Shown here one piece after another: positions 56,899 to 64,000 of a stretch of DNA of 64,000 nucleotides. The position numbers and the translations under genes are program-made. Below the pieces are notes generated by a model that saw nothing but the letters and a program-made list of their open reading frames with translations, did not search any database and was not told the DNA's origin. This stretch comes from Eledone cirrhosa (Eukaryota): assembly GCA_964016885.1 (NCBI GenBank), contig OZ024740.1, positions 88,226,001 to 88,290,000 on the forward strand, written 5' to 3'. Each line of letters starts with the position of its first letter. Position 1 is the first letter of the stretch.

Positions 56899-57477
56899 TA
56901 ATGAAAATGAGAGAGAGAGAGCTTGTTGATGTGTATGTGTGTGAAAGATAGATGAAGAGGATGTAGTGGAGAAAGTGAGTGATTGAGCGTGTCTGTGTGT
57001 GTCTGTCTGGCGGATTAGGTCTGTGTCTGCGTCAATGATATTGGGTTAGCATGCGCATGTGTGTGGCGTGTTATGTAGTTGAATGTTTAGTATGTGTTTA
57101 CTAAAGTAGTGAGTAGTGTGTTGATAGAGTGAGAATTTTTGTTATGTGAATGTATCTATATATATGTATGTGTACAAATGATTGAAAAGTGAGAGTCATA
57201 GACAGAAAGTAGCATAGTGGCATATGGGGAGAGAGAAAGATACGGAGAGAATGAGTAATATGGAGAGAGAGAGAGAAAGAGAGAGAGAGGGAGAGGAAGA
57301 GAGGGGGATACCGAGAGATAGATAGATAGATATATATTTATATATATATAGAGAGAAACAGACAGAGAAATAGAGAGAGGGGAGGGGGAAATGAGAGAGA
57401 AACAAAAGGAATATTTGCAATACATATGCCCATAATCTTTTCTCTAAATTTTCATATTTTCCTGGTTCCAGCCAGGA

Positions 57478-57620
57478 GTCCCGTGGCCTAGCGGTAACGG
57501 TGCTGGACTCACGGTGATAATGTCGTGGATACTATTCCTGGCCTGGGTTGTGTGTTTTGTTCTTGAGTAAAAGACTTCATTTCCTGTTGCACCTGTCTAT
57601 TCAGCTGAAAATGAATACCA
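57478..57620 (+). mobile_element. tRNA-derived SINE head (family of 36050-36166)
   Basis: A-box TGGCCTAGCGG, tRNA-like head, then TTCTTGAGTAAAAGACTTCATTTC. Confidence 0.7.
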
Positions 57621-58225
57621 GCAATAGTTTAGGTCTAATCCTTTGATAAACTGTCGAGCCACTTGGCTTGAGGTAGATTTTAGACAGTGAGTGCATTACG
57701 GCCATGCTGGAACGCAGCATTCAAGAGACATTTGTTGATATTATTGATCCTAGTATTCGGATAGATAATTATTTTTTTTATGTACTTATATATTTCTATA
57801 TTCAGATGATTCATTTGATATAAAACTGATATTTGCGAAATTTTCATATTCTTATGGGCTCCATCATTGATTGAGGGATATGAAAATAATACCTAAGATA
57901 TGTTTTTGACAAGGTCATTGAAACAATGTGATCATTCATTGACAAGGTAACTTACTGACCAATTACTGATCAATGTGAAGTAGTGTGTTGTTATGACCAA
58001 AATTCAGTGAAAAATAACATTGGTGTAACTGTCTTCAAATCTATCAATGGAAGTTAAAGGTCAGTCCACATCGTTGTCCTTGTGGTCCCGGACAGGATGA
58101 AGAAGACGCAGCCCCGAATGGTAGCGTCAAGAAATGAGACGCTATTCTGTGGACCAAATTCAGCCTTTCGTCAATACATACGTACGCAACATATTCCTAA
58201 GATATTCTCTCTTAGTCATACCCCC

Positions 58226-58587
<362 letters not shown>

Positions 58588-58937
58588 ATACTTTGGGAGG
58601 GTCATGTTGCCAATAAGACACACACGCACCAGTTGTTTCACTTCAATTTGTTATATATTTATAAATTTATAAATTTCTGGTTGGTTGGTTAGTTCCACAA
58701 CCAGATAGTTGTTTATATATAGTCATAGTTCTTTCGTCACACACTCTGTGACCTCTTCAGTGACTGGGGATTCCTTTCTTTGTTTCTGTGCCTCTCCTTT
58801 GTTCTGTCCTACGCCATTTTGTTTCTGTGTGTGTGTTGTGTGCTCAGTCTGCGCATGCGCCACATCCGGGTGTCTGTGTGTGTTTATGTTCATTTATTTA
58901 TTTGTTTATTTACATGTTACTGGTTGGTTGTTTGTTC

Positions 58938-59848
58938 ATTCCCATTATGCCAAACCCATGACTTCCAAACATCTGATCCACCGAAACTCGGCCATTTCAA
59001 ACCATACCAAAATCAACATACTGATTGCGGATTTGGTACGGGTAATGAGAAATGTGTCCCGCATGTGCAACCCCGAAGAACTAGAGAGACACATACAACA
59101 CTTCATCCACCGTATGCAGTTCTCTGGCTACAATCAGAGAGATAAAATCAGAGTGTATAGAGGAGCCAGAACCAAATGGGAAAAAATGGTAAATAATGAC
59201 ATAAATGGGACCTGCCCCTTGTATAGGAGCAAATTTTGGAATAGAATAGAAAGAACTCGGAACAAGGCTAATAGAATAAACTCATGGTATGATAGCAATA
59301 AATACCAGAGTGTAATGTTCATCAATACAACCCCTAGAGGTGAATTAGCTTACAAATTTAGAAGGGCCCTAAATAAACATAAACTCAATATTAAGATAGT
59401 AGAAAGACCTGGTACCTCCGTAAAAACACTTATTAGCAATACATACCCTTTTCAAAGACCCTCATGTATAGATAAGAAATGTATAACTTGTAAAATAAGC
59501 CCCCATATTAACTGTAAAACTAGAAATGTAGTGTATAGCAAAAGATGTACTGAAGGACAATGTAGAGACAAAAATATAATGTACATAGGTGAGACAGCTC
59601 GTAGTGTAGGGGAACGGATAAATGAACACTGGCGAGACCTTCAAGATAATAAAGAATCATCTGTACTCTACCAACATGCTAAGATAGAACACAAGGGTAA
59701 ATTAGAGAACATAGAAATAAAAATAGAATCTACACACAGAAAAGACGCAATGTTTAGAGAAATTACAGAGGCAATAAACATAAAAGAATTACAACCAAAA
59801 TTAAATAGAAAATATGAGTGGAACAGCAACATCACAACTTACAATTAA
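58938..59848 (+). pseudogene. PLE RT thumb, Cys-rich linker and GIY-YIG endonuclease (5'-truncated, frame open)
   Basis: Reads HYAKPMTS...QFSGY...CIDKKCITC...CKTRNVVYSKRC...MYIGETARSVGERINEH...REITEAINI...LN. The first ~76 aa of the tracked ORF 58709-59848 are read-through of the inverted pLTR. Confidence 0.9.
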
Positions 59849-60048
59849 GGACAAAATGAAAACACACACACACATAGAACAAACAACCAACCAGTAACAT
59901 GTAAATAAACAAATAAATAAATGAACATAAACACACACAGACACCCGGATGTGGCGCATGCGCAGGCTGAGCACACAACACACACACAGAAACAAAATGG
60001 CGTAAGACAGAACAAAGGAGAGGCACAGAAACAAAGAAAGGAATCCCC

Positions 60049-60093
60049 AGTCACTGAAGAGGTCACAGAGTGTGTGACGAAAGAACTATGACT
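60049..60093 (+). ncRNA. Type I minimal hammerhead ribozyme in the pLTR (inverted copy at 58721-58765)
   Basis: AGTCA-CTGAAGA-G-GTCAC(AGAGTGT)GTGAC-GAAA-GAAC-TA-TGACT, with a CUA site and one extra G before stem II. Confidence 0.8.
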
Positions 60094-60552
60094 ATATATA
60101 AACAACTATCTGGTTGTGGAACCAACCAACCAACCAGAAATTTATAAATTTATAAATTTATAAATTTATAAATATATAATAAATTGAAGTGAAAGCAACT
60201 GGTGCGTGTGTTTCTTATTGGCAACATGACCCTCCCAAAGTATAACAATATCGGTTTCAACACACGATTTCAGATAAAGAATCTTGCTAAACAAATTCAG
60301 AAACGAAATATATATATATATATATATATATATTGGTAAACGGAATAGAAAATGCTGACAAATTGTTCACAGTTGAAAAATGGTTTAATTAGGAATAAAA
60401 GAGTATTAGTAATTGTATGGGTTAGTATTCAGTTGTGGTTTTAAGTTTTTAAGATTTCACCGGTTGCGCATTTCTAAATGCTTTTCAAAATTAATTTTGA
60501 GATAGAGTGTCCGTGTTGTTTGCTCTGATCTGATTAGTTTTGGAAATTCTAC

Positions 60553-60800
60553 CTGTTTTTATGTTAAAAAAGTGGCTCCAGCGCTACTTTGGTGTTGCAA
60601 AAATTCTTGTGGTCAAAACAATTTTGATTGGTCGGTAGAGGTCATGTGAATGTAAAAAATTGATTTTGCGCCAAGACTGTTTTTATGTTAAAAAAGTGGC
60701 TCCAGCGCTACTTGGTGTTTGCAAAAATTCTTGTGGTCAAAACAATTTTGATTGGTCGGTAGAGGTCATGTGAATAAAAAATTTATTTTGCGCCAAGACT
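60553..60800. repeat. Tandem duplication, two copies of ~124 bp
   Basis: CTGTTTTTATGTTAAAAAAGTGGCTCCAGCGC...TTTTGCGCCAAGA starts at 60553 and at 60677. Confidence 0.9.
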
Positions 60801-60915
60801 GAGAAATGACTCCTTCACAACAAATATGTGTGTGTGTGTGTGTGTAGTAGTAGTAGTAAGGTGTTCGATGTTGTGATAATGGTTAGCAGGGATGTGTGTC
60901 AATGGCTATTAAGAT

Positions 60916-60970
<55 letters not shown>

Positions 60971-61083
60971 GCAGAGTAATTCGTGGTAGCAGGGATGGTC
61001 AGTAGGAATGTGTCTGTAAGCAGTGGGGGGTATTTTAGCATGTCAAAAGATATTTTTCAGCTTTTGTCTTATACGGAGAAGTG

Positions 61084-61136
<53 letters not shown>

Positions 61137-61274
61137 ATATGTGTGTGTGTGTGTGTGTGGGTGGACCAGTATTTTTTTCCCCTTGGTAAAATGGTGTACA
61201 TTATTCGATTTTTTCAGTAAAATCGGTTCTCTTAATAGAACATCAAACATCTTAACAATAAAAGGTGTGAAGTG

Positions 61275-61278
61275 ATAT

Positions 61279-61352
<74 letters not shown>

Positions 61353-61353
61353 T

Positions 61354-61409
<56 letters not shown>

Positions 61410-61410
61410 T

Positions 61411-61474
<64 letters not shown>

Positions 61475-61475
61475 T

Positions 61476-61523
<48 letters not shown>

Positions 61524-61524
61524 T

Positions 61525-61570
<46 letters not shown>

Positions 61571-61579
61571 CAAATATTC

Positions 61580-61612
<33 letters not shown>
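61275..61612. repeat. Compound repeat: (TA)n blocks punctuated by CATATATTCAC
   Basis: About five units of variable-length (TA)n separated by the same 11-mer. Confidence 0.9.
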
Positions 61613-61618
<6 letters not shown>

Positions 61619-61735
61619 TTTTTTGTGTTGCACCATAGAGCATATGTGTTTACGTATGTCATTGTGTTTATATGTGGGTAGAGATGTGTGCTGATGTAGG
61701 TATGTATGTTGTCGTGTGTATGTTGTGGGTTCGTC

Positions 61736-62832
61736 TTAGGGTGAAGTGTTTAGACGGGGTCCGTATTTGTTAATGAAGTAAGATTCCTTGCTGATGCGCT
61801 GGGTGTGGGTGGCATTATCTTTAAATTTGTAGAGGGGAAAGATTCTGAAGTTGGGATGATTTTGGGCGGCACAGGTATCAATGTGTTCACTCAGTGGTAT
61901 TTTCCTGTATTCCCATATTTTAATTTGGGATCTATGGACAGTCATGCGTTGGCGGAGGCTGTTTTTGGTCTGGCCTATGTATTGTTCTCGACAACCTGAG
62001 CAAGTTAATACATATATTAGATTTTCCGATGCACATGTGAAATTGTGTTTTACTATAAAACGTTGTCCTTCTTTGAAATAGAATTCCGAACCCTCTATTA
62101 GGTTGATGCAAATGCCACAGTTGGGTCTATCGCATTTTTTTACTGTGGGTTTCGTTGTTGTGGTTGGCAGTACTTTGGCATGTGTTAGGATGTTTTTCAT
62201 TGACTTGGATTGTCTTTTGCTCTTTATGATATCGTGTGTTCGTAGGATTTGGTTCATTCTATGGTCCTTTTTCAACACAGGGATGTTCTGGGGGATGGTG
62301 TCAAAGGCTTCATTGTTGAGGGGGTTGTGTGTGGAGATGTATGGAAGAGCTTTTAGTTTCGGTTGATTTACTTGAGGGTGTCTAAGGTCCTGGGTACTGA
62401 GTTTTAGGGCACGTTGGATTCCATTGTCAATTAGTGATGCAGGGTAGTCCCTGCCTATGAGTGTGTCCTTTAGTTCTTGTAGCCGTAAGTAGCAGGTGTT
62501 TTTATTGGAGACTATAGTACAGATTCTCTTGGCTAAGTTGTAGGGAATATTAATTTTAACGTGTCTAGGGTGGCAATAGTTGAAAGGGAGATATTGCTTG
62601 GAGTCTGTGGGCTTGTAGTATATGTCTGTTTCTATTTTTTTGTTATGGATCTTAATGAGGATGTCGAGGAAGGGGAGTTGTTGATGGCTGAATTCCATCG
62701 TGAAGTTAATATTCGTGTTGAGCCCATTTATAAGGGTGTGAAATTCTTTAAGTTTTTCGATGTTTTCGTGCCAAAGGATGAAGCAGTCATCTAGATATCG
62801 CTTCCAGTTCCTTTCAATGTGTAAGTGGAGGG
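61736..62832 (-). pseudogene. PLE (Neptune-like) RT C-terminal half, Cys-rich linker and GIY-YIG endonuclease, 5'-truncated, frame open
   Basis: Reads WKRYLDDCFILW, LPFLDILI, TDIYYKPTDSKQYL, CDRPNCGIC, CASENLIYVLTCSGCREQYIGQTKNSLRQRMTVH. The N-terminal ~80 aa of the tracked ORF 61736-63079 are pLTR/microsatellite read-through. Confidence 0.93.
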
Positions 62833-62849
62833 TGTATATATATATAGTA

Positions 62850-63036
62850 ATAATAATAGTAATAATAATAAATTTGAAGACTAAAATCCAAAGAGGGCTC
62901 GATAAGGATAAATATATATCAAATATATAAAAACCGTAGAGCAAATATTTATTAAAATAACAGATAAAGTTTAAGCAAAGAATCGCTGCTTTCACTCTTA
63001 ACGGGATCTTCTGAAACTCAGTTATTTTAATAAATA
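62850..63036 (-). mobile_element. Mini pLTR with a variant HHR (62967-63019), a short inverted end and tail
   Basis: Minus strand: GAGTTT-CAGAAGA-TCCCGTTAAGAGT-GAAA-GCA...TGC-TT-AAACTT. An ATTTATTAAAATAAC inverted repeat brackets it. Confidence 0.65.
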
Positions 63037-63052
63037 TATATATATATATATA

Positions 63053-63164
63053 CAGAGTGGGCCAGAATTCATGACTCACTTGATTATTTATTGAGAAAAA
63101 AAAACAACCTTCGAGGCTTATTAAGAATTATAACTAACAAGCAAATCATAAATTTTGGCCCACC

Positions 63165-63167
<3 letters not shown>
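63053..63167. mobile_element. 115-bp Tc1/mariner-type MITE in TA
   Basis: Imperfect TIRs CAGAGTGGGCCAGAATTCATGA and TCATAAATTTTGGCCCACCCTG, flanked by TA on both sides. Confidence 0.8.
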
Positions 63168-63215
<48 letters not shown>

Positions 63216-63216
<1 letters not shown>

Positions 63217-64000
63217 GTGGGAAAGTAAGAAATCGGAGAATAGACCGTTAAAACATGTTTATTTAAAACAGCACCTACGTACATTTCGCCCAGTTGGGCT
63301 TCTCAAGGGCATAAATAACCAAAAGTGTTCCTTACATTGCTCGGAGAGAATTTTTGGGGTTAAATTCACGCTAGGTTCATTGCTCGCAAAAATAGCTTGT
63401 TTTGATTTTGCAGCAGGTCAAGGGAGGTAACTCTGACCGATTACGTGTCCTTGTACGTTTGCTACGGGTGGTCCCATCCAGGTGACCGCATTAACACACA
63501 TAAGAGCGGTCACCTGGATGGAACCACCCGTAGTAAACGTACAAGGACACGTAATCGCCACCGTAACGTCCTATGGTTCCACCCCCTACTCTCGGAGTGT
63601 GGCCTCCAACATACCCCGGATGTTCTTCGAAGCCTTAGAGAAGAACCTCCCGCCCAGTCATAGGTATAGAAAAATTCTTAATAGGAACAATATAAAAATA
63701 TCCTTCTCTACTACTCCTAACCTAGCAAACATCATAGGAACAATGAACCACAGTAAGATCACCAAGACACAGCACCTCGACACAGACGCACCTAGACCTG
63801 ACAATAACTATATCGGCCTTAACAACTCCCTGGCAGCATCCAATAGTGCTGGCAACGGCCTCTGCAAACGCAACCAGCATAACCGCGAAATGACTGGGGA
63901 ACATGCAGGACATGACGTGCGGAATAACAATCGCACCACCCCGCGTGCTGTGGGTTATAATGGTGCTAACGACGGCTGCGGAAGCGTAAGTAACAACGTA
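63216..64000 (+). mobile_element. WFNPP-type PLE: inverted 5' pLTR plus frameshifted coding remnant, running off the window
   Basis: RTRNRHRNVLWFHP (to ~63585), then EALEKNLPPSHRYRKILNRNNIKISFSTTPNLANII in another frame. Homologous to 44953-45303. Confidence 0.85.
63271..63311 (-). ncRNA. Type I minimal hammerhead ribozyme, U3-A8 variant
   Basis: Minus strand: TGCCC-TTGAGAA-GCCC(AACT)GGGC-GAAA-TGTACG-TA-GGTGC, with a GUA site and a bulged stem I. Confidence 0.65.

Larger units (their letters stand above)
58581..60308 (+). mobile_element. 5'-truncated Penelope-like element with an inverted 5' pLTR and a 3' pLTR plus tail
   Basis: 58581-58937 is a near-identical reverse complement of 59877-60250. 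An intact RT-thumb/GIY-YIG frame lies between them. Tail 60251-60308. Flanked by (TA)n. Confidence 0.93.

Overview
Eukaryotic, AT-rich, repeat-dominated window with no host protein-coding gene that I can support. The SINE families and microsatellite content resemble octopus/cephalopod DNA (recalled, not searched). Bases 1-~34,915 are one uninterrupted satellite array: a 98-bp monomer with 95/101-bp variants, built from two ~49-bp subunits, with kb-scale higher-order duplications. All the minus-strand Cys/Thr/Val 'ORFs' are artefacts of this array. The remaining 29 kb holds SINEs, a bipartite RTE derivative, two DNA-transposon relics and a dense set of Penelope-like elements (PLEs) inserted in (TA)n. 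These comprise four 5'-truncated RT/GIY-YIG fragments and several protein-free inverted 'solo pLTR' hairpins. By manual folding I find about 20 type I hammerhead ribozyme (HHR) motifs, some with U3-A8, A4 or U10.1-U11.1 core variants. The most interesting element is a non-coding 466-bp tandem repeat at 45,715-48,526 with one complete HHR per unit, arranged as 2 copies on one strand and 4 on the other. This is a retrozyme-like (putative circular-RNA) element whose ends follow the same 'inverted copy lacks the 3' tail' geometry as the neighbouring PLEs.
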